A stretch of DNA of 64,000 nt from the NCBI RefSeq assembly GCF_001194135.2, contig NC_068981.1, forward strand, positions 148,383,081 to 148,447,080. The letters run 5' to 3'. The notes under the pieces are model-generated. The model did not search any database. It saw only the letters and a list, made by a program, of their open reading frames with translations, and was not told where the DNA came from. This document shows positions 14,448 through 27,814 of this stretch, piece by piece. The stretch's first letter is position 1, and each line of letters starts with the position of its first letter. The DNA comes from Octopus bimaculoides (taxonomy: Eukaryota). A program made the position numbers and the translations under genes.

Positions 14448-14797
14448 TGTTGGCACTCCGTCGCTTACGACGTCGAGGGTTCCAGTTGATCCGATCAACA
14501 GAACAGCCTGCTCGTGAAATTAACGTGCAAGTGGCTGAGCACTCCACAGATACGTGTACCCTTAACTTAGTTCTCGGGGATATTCAGCGTGACAGTGTGA
14601 CAGAAACAGGAAGTATGAGTGAGAGAAAGTTGTGGTGGAAGAGTACAGCAGGGTTCGCCACCATCCCCTGCCGGAGCCTCGTGGAGCTTTTAGGTGTTTT
14701 CGCTCAATAAACACTCACAACACCCGGTCTGGGAATTGAAACCGCGATCCTATGACTGCGAGTCCGCTGCCCTAACCACTGGACCATTGCGCCTCCA
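14448..14797 (-). mobile_element. tRNA-derived SINE, head H1 + body M1 + tail T1
   Basis: Head with A/B boxes (tggtccagtgg; ggtttcaattccc); 12-bp TSD ccctgattgagt (14436-14447 / 14798-14809). Confidence 0.85.
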
Positions 14798-15548
14798 CCC
14801 TGATTGAGTAGATCTATGAGAAAAGACATTCAAATCATGTCCATAGGTGGGGGTATTTGTAGAATCATCAAAGTATTGGAAAATTACTCTGTGGTATTTG
14901 TTCCAACTTTATGTGGTCTGAGTTCAATTCCTGCTGAGGTCAACTTTGTTCTTTGTCCCTTCTTTAGGTTGATAAGAACGTACCAATCCAAGTAATAGCA
15001 AGGGCAGAGGAGAAAGCGTAGTATCAGTAAATAATGAAAGAGAATCAGAGAATAAGGATAAAAGAGGGATGGGTTGAGTAGGAGGAAATTCAGAGCTACC
15101 CTATCAATGAATAGGAATGGATAGAGTAGTGCCAGAAGGCAGACTGACAAGTCTTTTTAGTTACAACTAACTGATTGAACACATATTTTGGGTTAATGTC
15201 TGAAAGCCACAGCTTAAGATACTGAGGTTATCAAAGCAAAAGACAGATAAAGATGATGATGTGGTGGAGATGCCAGAGTGTACCCTTAATTATGTTCAAG
15301 AAAATAAACAGAAGAGATCATGGTGACTCAAAATATAGTAGTCACAAAATTCTTATTAAATGATTTTCTTCTAAATTTTATTTTCACTCAAGGTCAAAGC
15401 TTATGTATCCTGACAGTTATAGGATCAAGAGAAACTGTCCATTTATATTTGCTTGTATTTGAACTGTGAAAGAGTTTTTTTTTTTCTATGTTTGCAGAAC
15501 TTTTACAGTTCCTTCCAAAACTGCAGGCCTAGTTAACAATATCCATGT

Positions 15549-15744
15549 CTGGTAAGTTCACCATCATCAACTAATTGCAGGGAAAGTTCACCGCAAGGAA
15601 AGTTTACAGAGAAGTAAGTTCACAGTGAAAGAATATAAAAAAAAAACTTATTTTCGAACTCTAAAGTTCATAGTGAACTTTCTTCACAGTGAATTGATGG
15701 TGGTGAACTCTCCTGCAATGAATTGATGGTGGTGAACTTACCTG
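15549..15744. mobile_element. MITE with ggtaagttcacc termini and subterminal aagttcac repeats
   Basis: ggtaagttcaccatcatcaa (15551) / ttgatggtggtgaacttacc (ends 15742), followed by tgta. Confidence 0.72.
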
Positions 15745-17103
15745 TAACCAAGAATATCATCTATTGGTTATTGTTCTTGAGACTTGGATTGGCCTTCACT
15801 GGGTAGATCCATAATCAAAGGCATTCCTCTTGTGGTGACAATCCCATTTTCTTTTCAGACACAGTGAATTGAATTAAGGACTATATTTCCACTGTACACT
15901 TCTATTAAGATAGTTGAATGTAGTTTGAACTCGCATCTGTTGGATGCTGGTTGTTTTAGTTGATATTTCTCACTCGGAATATCTTAATGTTGCTTTTAGT
16001 GTTGCTTTATTTTATCTTTCAAGCCTGTAACTAGAGTATTATACTTTTGTGACTATATTTCTAATGTAAAACATTGTCTGTGTATTTTGGTCCATATTGG
16101 AAATAATTTTAAGTGAGTTGTAATAAAGTAGTTAACTTTGACATTACTAAAAAATTAATTCAGGAGTAAGAAATGATTTGGCATAGCCATTTTGGAGTTG
16201 CTTATTTGGCCTTGCTGATTCAATGCTGACTTATTTGTCATTAGACATTTCAATGCTTCTCTTGTTTTAATCTCTCTCTCTCTGTTTATGTGTGTGAGCA
16301 TTAGTGTGTATCTCTCCTCTCTCTCTCTCTCTCTGTTCCTAATGACAAAATGCAATATTGCTAAAACATGTTGAAAGTCCCATTTAGCTGTGCCAGATCA
16401 TCAAAGGTCAAACAGCTGTGCCCAATCATTTCGTTCTATGCATTTCAACATTTTAATGTCTGAATGGCTGAGACTCAAAGCTCAAGTCAAATCAAATATA
16501 ATTTGATACTTTTATTATTGAGTCTCCTGATCAGTAAATGTTCTGTTTTTCTTCTGAAACTTGCAATTAAATAATTGTTTCTAACATAGTCACAAGATCT
16601 GAAATTTAGAGCATAGAATAATCAATTATATCAACTTCAGTACTTGATTGGTACTTTATTTCATCAAGCCCAGAGAGATGAAAAGCAAAGTTGACTTCAG
16701 TGGGATTTGAACTCAGAGTGTAACAAGCCAAGAGATATACGACAAAGGCATTGTCTCTGATATTCTGATGATGCTACCTTCCCATGCCTCCACTTACTTG
16801 AAAAATTATCATAAATTTATTTATTTATAACATTTAAATACAGAGAAACTGGAAAAAAAGAGAGATAAGAAAGATAAAAGAAAGGAAAGAAAAAGAGCAG
16901 GGGTGGGTGGGTAAAACAGCTGAAGATGGAAAGGACAATGAGCCACACACCCTAGAGCAAACAGTGTGCTCAGATATACCCCATGGTAATGACTGTGATG
17001 GTATTTGCCATGAAGAATGGCCAGTGACCTTTGTTGCGACAACTTTACCTTGCGGGACTCATTTCTTATACAGGCAGTCATTATCCCTAATGTTTTAAGT
17101 TAG

Positions 17104-17323
17104 CCCTTTACTATTGAAACCAGCTATATCCAGCCGAAATATTCTACCTGTTTTAAGTTTAAGTCAGCCAGATTTGACCTTTCACACATACCCTACAATG
17201 TTATTTTAAAGATAGACAATCAAATCATTTAAATCTTGAAACCACAAGGTAATACATCATTAACTCAACATAATTTGAATAAATAAGCATTACACTCGAC
17301 AAAGTTGTCTGAATGCTGAAGGG
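17104..17323. mobile_element. piggyBac-like MITE family (~220 bp); other copies 5564-5786, 33543-33950 (SINE-interrupted), 46875-47087
   Basis: Ends ccctttagcat...atgctaaaggg with TTAA or one-mismatch TTAA flanks; the internal sequence is shared among the four copies, in both orientations. Confidence 0.8.
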
Positions 17324-18154
17324 TTAAATAGAAACACTTTACAACATGGCTTTTATGTCTTAGAACCCGGGTGGTCTGAGACAGGTTGGCATCAAGGGAG
17401 TTTAATAAAGATACAGAGACAATTAATAGATTAATAGATGCTTGTAAAAAGAATATAATACAAAGTGAAGCAAAAGGCCTCATGTTTTGTATAATATAAA
17501 ACTTCTGACAAAGATTGGTGCTTGGATAACGTATTGTTATTTTCAAAAGTCAGTAGTTTTCTTATATATGTTTCCTCACATACAAATGCTTAAACACACT
17601 TTTACATGCACGTGTACACACACACACACACACACGCACGCACACACACACACACATGCACACACACACACACACCTTTGCATTTATGGATACTGACACG
17701 TATAAACTACATACTCAATGCTATGTGTATATGTATTTCCTTATACCTGCATTCCTCCTCCCCTCCCCCTCCTCCTCATCATCACCGTCTTCTTTTCATC
17801 CTTTTCATCCTTCTTTTCCTTGCTTGAATATTTGCACGTGCATGCGTGTGTGTGTGTGTGTAAGTGTATACATCAACATCTCCCAGTGCACACATAGACA
17901 CACACAACAAATGTGTATGTGTATATATTCCATACACACACACACTCCAGCATGTGGAGGGATCTTGTCTTAAGGATACACAAAGTTTTCATTAGGAATT
18001 GGAATTCTTGTACTGTTAAATATTTAGCATCATTACTTCTATCACCACACCCAAGATCCCAATTATTTATGGACTTTGTTGCAAGTTTCAAGTTCCCCAT
18101 ATCTACTTCCAGATCCTAAATCTATAGCTTCACAACCTCTGTTTTGCTGCATTA

Positions 18155-18894
18155 CTATATCATCATCATCATCGTCATTATTATTATCATCATTATTATT
18201 ATTATTATTATTAGAATTATTATTATTATTTCGATATTATTATTGCCTTTGCACAGCTTCTAATGCTGGAGATATACTACAGTGTCAGCTGTTCACTACC
18301 AGTGGACAAAGGTAACACCTCTTATTTTTCGAGCACCTTCCGGAGTATTCGCGCAGTTCCAAGCAGTGCTGTTTTCTGCAAATGCTCCACCCGTATTGCA
18401 GTCCCTATTTGTTCTACGTACTTCTCGAGATTTTTGCTCACTGTTCCCAGGGCTCCGACAATTATTGGTACTACTACCACCTTTTTCATCGACCACAATT
18501 GCTTAACTGCCCAAGCTAACCTGTCATATCTATCGACTTTTCTTTCTTCCTTATTGCATACCTTGTTGTCAGCTGGGCATGCTATATCTATGATCCAGCA
18601 TAGTTTGTTGTCTTTCTCAATAAGACTATGCCTGGCTCCCTATTCTCTATCGCATGGTCGCACTGAATCATAAAATCCCACAGGATCTTTGCATTATCAT
18701 TTTCGATGATGCCTTTGGGTTTGTAGTCATTCCAATTTTTTGCTCTGTCAAATCCATACTTGTTGCAAAGTGTCCAATGGACAAGCCTGACTATATTGTC
18801 GTGACGTCTCTTATATTCCTTCTGGGCTAGTGGCGTACATTGGCTGGTAATATGTCATACGGTTTCACCGTTTTGTCCACAGATTCTGCACTTT
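18155..18894 (-). mobile_element. 5'-truncated R4/Dong-like non-LTR retrotransposon (RLE-type), 3' end
   Basis: Minus-strand translation KCRICGQNGETV*HITSQC (CCHC) ... KRRHDNIVRLVHWTLCNKY ... KILWDFMIQCD ... IACPADNKV..KEERKVDRY ... VPIIVGALG ... LQKTALLGTARILRKVLEK* (stop 18322-18324). A short 3'UTR and (TAA)n/(TGA)n repeats follow. Confidence 0.85.
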
Positions 18895-20605
18895 ATAGGT
18901 TATATAGAAGGAAAATTATGGTAATATAGAAATACATTCTTAGCAAAACATGTTTGTAACATGGTTGCCATTGATCAGACCTAAATCAGCTTCATCAATA
19001 AGGATCCTAGCTGTGACCATGCCGTCGTTCATCTAGGCATAATCAAAAATACATTATTCAGTATGTCCTTTTATTTTAGGTGTTATGGGTGTGATATAAA
19101 GGAGATTTGGTTCTTATTTCTAGCAAGTTAACCAAACCATGCAGAAGCTCTTTGGTTTGTGATGTGCTGTCATTCTAAGTGGAAACTCTTTCCTTTCATT
19201 TTTGTAACTGATTACACTATTAATTTTCCCACAGCCCTAAAATCTGATACCTTGTACCTAGTTATCCTTATATGGAAACTTGCAGAGAGCTACGTCATCA
19301 GAGAATTAATTTAGACTTTTTGGTGAAAAGAGTAAAGAGTACAAAACATTTGGCAGAGAGTACAAGAATGTGATATGTTATGAAGAGCCAATCTTTAGAG
19401 ATCAACAAAAAACAACAGAAGAGTAGGGATTATGGCAGGAAACAAAGAATGATATTGAAATAAATATATCGGTTAAGAAATGAGCTTGACTTCAAAACAT
19501 ATCAACTGTACTTCAAAGAATATTAGTATATGAGACTATGTGGTATCTTAACCTGCTAAAACCAGCAGTGGTACGTACCTCAAATCTAAACATTCCATCT
19601 TATAAAAAATACATCAACTATACAATACAAGACAGTAGCGAGATATGACAGCACCATGGTACCTATTAAACCTAAATGAACTGGGACCAAAAGAAAATTA
19701 AGGTCATATTAACGACAGATACAAACTGATGACTCTTTGAACAAATAGGGGCCAGCATTGTAATGATCTGGCCATTCGTTTGTGACTTTTAAAAAATAAA
19801 TTTACACCTAGAAAATGCAACTCGAAAAAAAAAAGAAAAAACAAAACAAAAATAAGAAAAACAAAACAAAATAAAAAACAACAACAAAAACAGTATATTC
19901 AGAGTTGGCAAATTTCCAGTTACTGCTGCTTAATTATTAATCTTCCTCTAATAGTTCAAATCCTTGTTTAAGACATATTATCAAAATACATGTGTTATCA
20001 GAATAATGTATTAACTTAGATATAACAATATAGTTTAATAAATTGAGGTTTTATTAAAAGATAATTGGGGGGTTAAATAGAACCGTTATACTATGAATTA
20101 TTTATTTCATAATCATGCAGACTCCATATAAATGCTACTTGAGTTAGATTTATATTTTAAAGAGAATATATTTACTGTGATAATGGACGTGTGTGTATAT
20201 ATATATATATATATAAGGTAGTGAGTTCGGTTCCTGGATTGGGCTGTGTGCTGTGTTCTTGAGTAAGACACTTTATTTCATGTTGATCTACTTCACTCAT
20301 CAGCAGAAATGAGTTGTAATGTCACTGGTGCCAAATGGCATCGGCCTTGGACAACATTGGTGGCATGTTGAACTTACCATGCCTCCAGAATGAAAGGACC
20401 ATGTGCGCATGCAAGAAATAACAGTAAACTATGAATGTTATTCTTAATTTTAATTTCAATTTTATTTTATTAATAGCCCTCTTCTCTTCTCACATCTTTT
20501 TTACTCATTTTTCATTAGGTTTTTTTCAAAAAAAACGAAACATGTAATGCAAATTAATTAAAACACCCAATTTTTTAAAAAGTGGCATTTTCAGTTTTGT
20601 TTATC

Positions 20606-20661
<56 letters not shown>

Positions 20662-20835
20662 CATCATCGTTTAATGTCTACCCTCCATGCTGGCATGGGT
20701 GGGACAGAAGCCTGCCCCAGACTTCTGTGACTGTTTTGGCAGGATTTTTGCAGCTGGATGCCCTTCCTAACTACTTAGCAGAGTGGACTTAGTGCTTTTT
20801 ACATGACACACACACACATACATACATATTTGTAT

Positions 20836-20890
<55 letters not shown>

Positions 20891-21689
20891 ATTATAATCA
20901 TACATATATTGATTTATATGTATATATACATATATATATGTATAAACATATATGCCCATGGTTAAATATAGGTGATATACTGGTAGTGTAATGGATACTT
21001 GTATCCCTTAGATGGTTATTTTAACCTCTAACAAAACTAACCATACACATGTATATAAATATATATACATACACACACTCATACCTACAAACTTGTACAC
21101 ATACATACATACACATAGGAACATATAGGAGATTATTGACACATTAACTTAAATATCTATTAACCAAATAGTTACATAAAATGATGATGATGCAATGATG
21201 ATGATGACAGGGAGGAAAATGATGATGATAATCAGTGTGATTAATTTTCCTTAAGTGAGTTTTACAAAAAAAATAAAGAGAAAAGAAAAAAGAAAAAGCT
21301 GACATCTGGTTGTTTTAAATTTAAAGTGGATATTGATTTTCCCCATCAGGCTCAGTGATGGAGGGGGTGCTTTATAGGCATTCCCCTCCCTTTATCAAAT
21401 ATTTTAAAAATACTAACATATACACACATATTGATGAACATGCACACACACACACAGATGCATTTGGTAAATGTATTGATTATGATCTGAAGGGCTTTGA
21501 ATTCCCTTTTACTGCTGAAGTTTCATTGTGTGCCTGAATAGAACACTTAAATTCTACATTACCTTAATTGAACTAGCTGTAGGGGATAAGTATGAGATCT
21601 TTGCAGCAATGCAAAAACCCCGGGAAACCAAACAAGAACAATATGCCATCCTCTATGAATCATGATAAGCTTGAAACTTGATACAAATC

Positions 21690-22470
21690 ACTGTTTTTAA
21701 ATGCCTGCAGTTTATGTAACAAGCTCCACCTTTTTGACTCTCATGTTAAAGGCACTGACCCTGATTTCATTACCATTATGGAACTATGGGAATATTCTTC
21801 GTATTGCAATGGTAGTTTTAGCAAGGCTGGCAACAACTTGCATTACAAAGACTGATTTAACCCTTTTGTTACCAACCCAGCTGAAACCGGCTCTGGCTCT
21901 GTAGTACAAATGTCTTGTTTTCATCAGTTTTGAATTAAAATCTTCTACCAAACCTTAGTCACAATTTATGTTCCTAACACTAGCTGAGTGATAACTAAGT
22001 TATTTTACTAAATTCTTTGTTGTATTTAAAGTAATTGAAAGAAACACAGAACATCTCAAAATAGATACAGTAACGAAAGGGTTAATTGCTGTGGGGGTGT
22101 TGTGATGGAGTATGTTCACTGAAGTTTTGTGGCAATTCCTTGTGATGATTCGAACCAATCACAACAAGAGGTAATTTTCTGTAACATTTATATACATAAG
22201 TCAATACTACTAGTTGTTTATCATCACTACGAACCACAACTAAGACACACTACTTTTTGACATCCTCAGAGCTTCATCTAGGGAAACAATCACCTGTTTT
22301 CATTACTGGTGATTTCAGTTACCCAGAGATTAATAGGAAAACCTTTCATTGGCTGCAATGTACATATGATTTCCTTGATTTTGCACTGGATTAGAACTGG
22401 TCTTGAGTAACCACCTCCTCCACATGAAGTAACAAACCTCTGGCTCTGCTATCAGTGTCACTACTCAAGA
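21690..22470 (+). mobile_element. CR1/L2-like endonuclease fragment, split by the piggyBac-like MITE
   Basis: NACSLCNKL..PDFITIMELW at 21700-21785, then ITGDFSYPEIN and LELVLSN at 22300-22420. Confidence 0.6.
21861..22081. mobile_element. piggyBac-like MITE inserted in a CR1-like fragment
   Basis: TTAA|cccttttgttac...gtaacgaaaggg|TTAA; 221 bp, non-coding. Confidence 0.85.
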
Positions 22471-23057
22471 ACCAATTAAAGCAGTCTTTGCGAAGCAAGT
22501 TGTAATGAGCCATGTTAAAAATACCATTGCAGTATAAAAATGAGCAGGCAATACCATTAGCAGATTGGAGACACAATGCCTAACAGTGTTTCTGCAGGCT
22601 CATTTTGTTCTGAGTTGCAAGGGTCAACAAAAAAAGTACCAGTCAAAGATTGAATCGATGTAATTGACTGACAGCGCCCCACCCACAAAAAATTGTTAGC
22701 CTTGTATCAAGATTTGAAACCTTCTTCTTCTTCTTCTTCTTCTCCTCCTCCTCCTCCTCCTCCTTCTTCTTATTATTAAGGTGGAGAGCTGGCAGAATCG
22801 TTAGCATGCCAGCTGAAATGCTTAGTGGTATTTCATTTGCCACTACCCTCTGAGTTCAAATTCTGCCAGGGTTGGTTTTGCTTTTCATCCTTTTGGGGTC
22901 AGTAACCTAAGTACCAGTGAAACACTGGGGTTGATGTAATCGACCAGTCCCCTCCCCAAAAATTTCAGGCGTTGTGCCTATAATAGAAAATATTCTTCTT
23001 CTTCTTATCATTATTCACATACTCATGCATAACAAAATAAGAAAACATAGGACTAAC

Positions 23058-23113
23058 CTGTAATAACGTTACTGAAGGGAGTTTTCACACCACTCTGAGA
23101 ATTTATGGCAGTT
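23058..23113 (-). CDS. SLC26A11: SLC26A11-like exon 12 (last exon found)
   Basis: tcttcttcacag|A ACT GCC... encodes (R)TAINSQSGVKTPFSNVIT; donor G|GTTAGT; 56 nt, phase 2 to 1. Confidence 0.92.
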
Positions 23114-24018
23114 CTGTGAAGAAGAGCAAAGAAATGGAGCAATGTTGAATACATATGAGAAAGGAATAAAAAAAGAGCAACATCTCCCTCACTCTTAACT
23201 CATCAACATTACACTCCAGCTGATTCCTTTACTTTATCAATACCAATCCACATGAAAACTTTGTATCATTATTTTAAGGAAGAACCTTTTTGTTAACTTA
23301 CACTTCAAACACCAGATTATTAGTGAAGAGGTTAGTTATTTTACATTACATAAAATGCACTTGTGCTGGTGCCATATAGAATGCACTCATGTTGGTGCCA
23401 CACAGAATGAATTTGTGCTGGTGTCATGTAAAAGGCACCCAGTACACTCTGTAAAGTGGTTGGCATTAGGAAGGGATTCCAGCTGTAGAAACCATGCCAA
23501 ACAGACACTTCAGCCTGCACAGTTCTCTGGCTGACTAGCACCAGTCAAACTGTCCAACCTATGCCAGTATGGAAAACAGGTGTTAAATGATGATGATGAT
23601 GATTTTTACATTATTTCATCTTACCTACAACAGGAAATAGGATACCAGGAATTTCTGGGAAAGATACTTGTTCTGTGTATATATCTATGTGGACATGCAT
23701 GAAGGCACATGGCCTCAAGATTAAGGTATTGAACTCAAATCATAAAATTGTGGTTTTGATTCCCAGACTGGATGGTACATAGTGTTTTTGAGCAAAACAC
23801 TTCATTTCACATTACTCCAGTTCACTCAAATGAAAATAATTACCAATGGTACCTGGGGATTAATCCAGCAACAGAATGTCATCCTGTTCAGAAGGTACTA
23901 TTGTATTTTTGGCCACTTACACATCATAGAAACTGGGACAAGTTCTGGCTTAATGAGGCTGTAAGCTTGTGACAAGTTAAAACCTAAGATTTATGTATGC
24001 AGGATTGTCTCTTATCAA

Positions 24019-24400
24019 CAGGGTGATTCAAAAATTGCCATACATAGGAACAATTTATCTTTTTTTATAAGAAACAGTTTATAAGAACAGTTTTTTTTTA
24101 ACAGGCTCTATATGGTTACCATTGTTTTGAATACACATTGCAATACGTTTACCTCATTCACTGTGAGTGGGGTAATAGCATCGTAATAGCACATCTGGTG
24201 ATCTGTGTGCAAAGGAGTTGGCGATGTGTTCCTTCAAATCATTTATGCCTTTTATCTTTCCACGATACATCATGCCTTTCAAATGTCCCCAAAGATAGAA
24301 AGCGAGAAGGGTCAGATCAGAGGATCTAGGGGATCTTATAAACTGTCTCTTATAAAAAAAATAAATTCTCCCTATGTATGGAGACTTTTGAATCACCCTG
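24019..24400 (-). mobile_element. Non-autonomous Tc1/mariner-type element
   Basis: About 65-bp imperfect TIRs beginning cagggtgattcaaaa, with TA at the right end. Remnant RSPRSSDLTLLAFYLWGHLK resembles the PPRSPDLTPLDF.LWG motif. Confidence 0.82.
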
Positions 24401-24952
24401 TACTTAAAACCTAAACAAACAATGTTGAATGCTGCCTTGCAATTCAAGATAATTTAGTAAATAATAACTTTTAACTCTGAATGTATTAACTTACAGAGAT
24501 TTTCAACATGATATGATATCAGACATTATAAGTGCCAATTTGAGACAGAACAGAGCAGTAGGCCCATAAATGGTATTCTAATGACATATCTATTATCTTA
24601 TCTTATCATCGAACCAATTGCTTTTCTCTGCCTCAAAATGGTACATACAATGTCTCTCATATGACTTAATAAGGTAACTTTTAAGTTTAACAATAACAGA
24701 TGCTTTATTTTCTGTAGAAGGTATCATCATCATTTAACGTCCGCTTTCCATGCTATCATGGGTTGGACGATTTGACTGAGGACTGGTGAACCAGATGGCT
24801 GCACCAGGCTCCAATCTGATTTGGCAGAGTTTCTACAGCTGGATGCCCTTCCTAACGCCAACCACTCCGAGAGTGTAGTGGGTGCTTGTTTCCTTATAGT
24901 TAATGAAGTGACATTAAATTTTCAGAACAGTAAAAAAAAAAGCTGGAACTAC

Positions 24953-25013
24953 CTTGAAAAGCTGCCTGCGACTGGGTAGGAGGAAAAAAAGGAGCTGAAA
25001 ACATTTGCTGCAC
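24953..25013 (-). CDS. SLC26A11: SLC26A11-like exon 11
   Basis: cctttttcag|GT GCA... encodes (G)AANVFSSFFSSYPVAGSFS; donor AG|GTAGTT; 61 nt, phase 1 to 2. Confidence 0.93.
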
Positions 25014-25968
25014 CTGAAAAAGGAAAAAGAATTATTTGAAGTAAAATTCATTGGTTTCTTTTGACAGTACTTTATTATAAGGGATGAGGGAAAATGAGAA
25101 GTTATGGCACTGAAGCCTTATTTCTATAGAAAATCAAAGCAATATTGAGGAATAGCCTGAAGGTTACCTCATCTACTGCCATGATCAGCTTTAGATCTTG
25201 GAATTAGGTTATTATTTACATATTTACATTTTCTAAACTTGTTTTTATTTATCTATTGTTTATTTTTGCTAAAAAATTATGACTTTCTTTAATTTGTTTC
25301 AATCATTTGATTGTGGCCATGCTGGAGCACTGCCTTTAACCAAACAAATCGACCCCAGGACTTACTCTTTGTAAGCCTAGTACTTATTCTATCAGTCTCT
25401 TTTGCCGAACTGCTAAGTTACGGGGATGTAAACACACCAACACCGGTTGTCAAGCAATGGTGGGGGTACAAACACAGACACACAAACATACACACACACA
25501 CATATATAATGGGCTTCTTTCAGTTTCCATCTATCAAATCCACTCACAAGGCTTTCGCCGGCCTGAGGCTATAGTATAAAATACACTTGCCCAAGGTGCC
25601 ACGTAGTGGGACTGAACCCGGAACCATGTGGTTGGTAAGCAAGCTACTTACTCCACAGCCACTCCTGTACCTTGAATACTTTCAGTAAATATAATTCTAT
25701 ACATGATTTATTTGTATTTAACATATGCATACATATACACACATCTGTATATACATATATCCCTACCCTATATATACATTAACGACAGGTACACACACAT
25801 CTTTGTGTGTGCTTGTATGTGTTAATCGTTCACTATTGTATATTGGTCACAGATGTAAACATTGTTAAAAATAAATAAATAAATAAATCAGCACAGTTGA
25901 ACAAAAATACCTTGTGGTATTTGTTCATTTCAAGATGCACAGTCTGTAGTCACTCTCACAATAGCATG

Positions 25969-26853
25969 AGGTGCATTCCAGAAGTTTTGAGACTATTTTA
26001 GGAGAGGCAGTTATAAATGTCCAAGAGTAATGTAATATTAATATATCATTACTATATATCTAATAAGCTGACCTGCCAAACTTTTTATATTCCAGATTGA
26101 AAGAGAATGTTGTAACAGCACTTTGAACACACCCTACTAAACACTGCTTGTCACAGCTGACTAGTTTACAGAATGCGCTCAGGACATGAACGTAATTTGG
26201 AAGCTCACCATGCAATAAAGTTTTATGTTAAACTAGGCTAAAATACCACAGAGACTTATGAAATACTCAAGACTGCTTATGGATTCATTTGTATGAGCCA
26301 AGCCGCTGTTTTTCACAGACATAAGAGGCCAGGCAAGGTAAATCATGATGACACCCCTTTTTTTTTTGACAGCAAGAGCATCATCTACATCCACTGGGTT
26401 ACCTTTGGTCAGACAGTCAACAAAGAGTACTTTGTAGAGGTTTTGAGAGAATTCAAGAAGAGATTTCATTACAAAGGGCCAAAGCTTTCCCACTTGGATC
26501 AATGGAACATGTATCAGAGCAATGTATGAGTTCACAATTCCATTGTGGACACCAACTACTTGGCAGAAATGGTATCAAAACTGTTCCTCAACCTCCCTAC
26601 AGTCCAGACCTTGCTCCCTGTGACCTTTGGTTGTTCCTCAAACTGAAAAAAACCTCGGGTGCAATCATTTTGAAAACACTGAGAAAATGGAGGCTGTTTC
26701 AAGGGTCCTGGACGCCTTCACCTTGAAGAACTTCCATAGGGTCTTCACAAAGTGGCTGGAGTGCAGCAACATGTGCAATGAAGTCAGAAGATCCTTCTTT
26801 GAAATTAATGAATATCTCTCCTGCAAAAGTCTCAAAATTTCTGGAATGCACCT
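25969..26853 (+). mobile_element. Internally deleted mariner
   Basis: 26-bp TIRs with one mismatch (aggtgcattccagaagttttgagact / agtctcaaaatttctggaatgcacct). Remnants GQTVNKEYFVEVLRE and PQPPYSPDLAPCDLWLF. Confidence 0.9.
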
Positions 26854-27216
26854 GGGACTATCAACACTGTTGTTCATAAATTGCAATATAAAATGAGAAA
26901 ATCAATCTTCCTCAAGTCACACACTTCTGTCTTGTAGAAGAGGGTTACATTACATAACATAGCTCTTGTTGCATTGTTTCAAAGAAATATGCAAAATGGC
27001 CATGGTTGGAATGCTTTTGATTATGGGTCTACCACATCAGGGTGACCGGGAGTAAAATAAAAACAATTCTGGAAGAATAAAAGCAGTGGGGATTTGAACT
27101 TACAACAGAAAAGGCATTGAACTATAAACTGAAAAGTATATATATAGTCTGACACACTGCACCAAATCTACAAACAACAGTTTACATAGAATTCTATTGA
27201 AACTTACTGAACTTAC

Positions 27217-27267
27217 CTAAGGCAATGAATTCTTGAGTTGGATCAAGTTTATAATGATTTTTACGAG
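27217..27267 (-). CDS. SLC26A11: SLC26A11-like exon 10
   Basis: tttaatttgcag|CT CGT... encodes (A)RKNHYKLDPTQEFIAL; donor G|GTAAGT; 51 nt, phase 1 to 1. Confidence 0.92.
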   Translation of the reverse strand, partial: LVKIIINLIQLKNSLP

Positions 27268-27761
27268 CTGCAAATTAAAAAAAAAAAAAATAATAATAAT
27301 GATGATGATGATGATGATGATTTCAAATTTTGGCACAAGACCAGTAATTTCAGGGGAGTAGAGTAAATCAGTTACATCAACCCTCATGCTTGACTTGTAT
27401 TTCTTTTATCAACCATGAAAGGATGAAAGGCAAAGTCAACCTCAGCAGAATTTGAACCCAGAATGTAAGGATGAATGAAATACTGCTAAGCATTTTGCCA
27501 GGTGTACTAACGATTCTGCCAGCTCACTGCCTTAATAATAATAATAATGATTTCAAATTTTTTGCCACAAAGGCAGCTTGGGGAAGGGGATTAAGTCGAT
27601 TACATTGACACCAGTATTTCACTGGTACTTAATTTATCAACCCCGAAAGGATGAAAGGCAAAGTTGACCTTAGTGGAATTTGAACTCAGAACGTAGCGAT
27701 GGGCGAAATACTGCTAAGCATTCCGTCCAGCATGCAACGATTCTGCCAGCTCGCCACCTTA

Positions 27762-27814
<53 letters not shown>

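Noticed and set aside
14720-14797. tRNA genes at SINE heads (also 49100-49175, 37603-37680)
   Set aside because: The A/B boxes are followed by SINE bodies and tails and the cloverleafs are incomplete; treated as SINE promoters.
19585-19680. Minus-strand GLIGTMVLSYLATVLYCI, resembling the expected next helix
   Set aside because: It lacks the PK..LAAVI continuation and hits a stop before any donor site.
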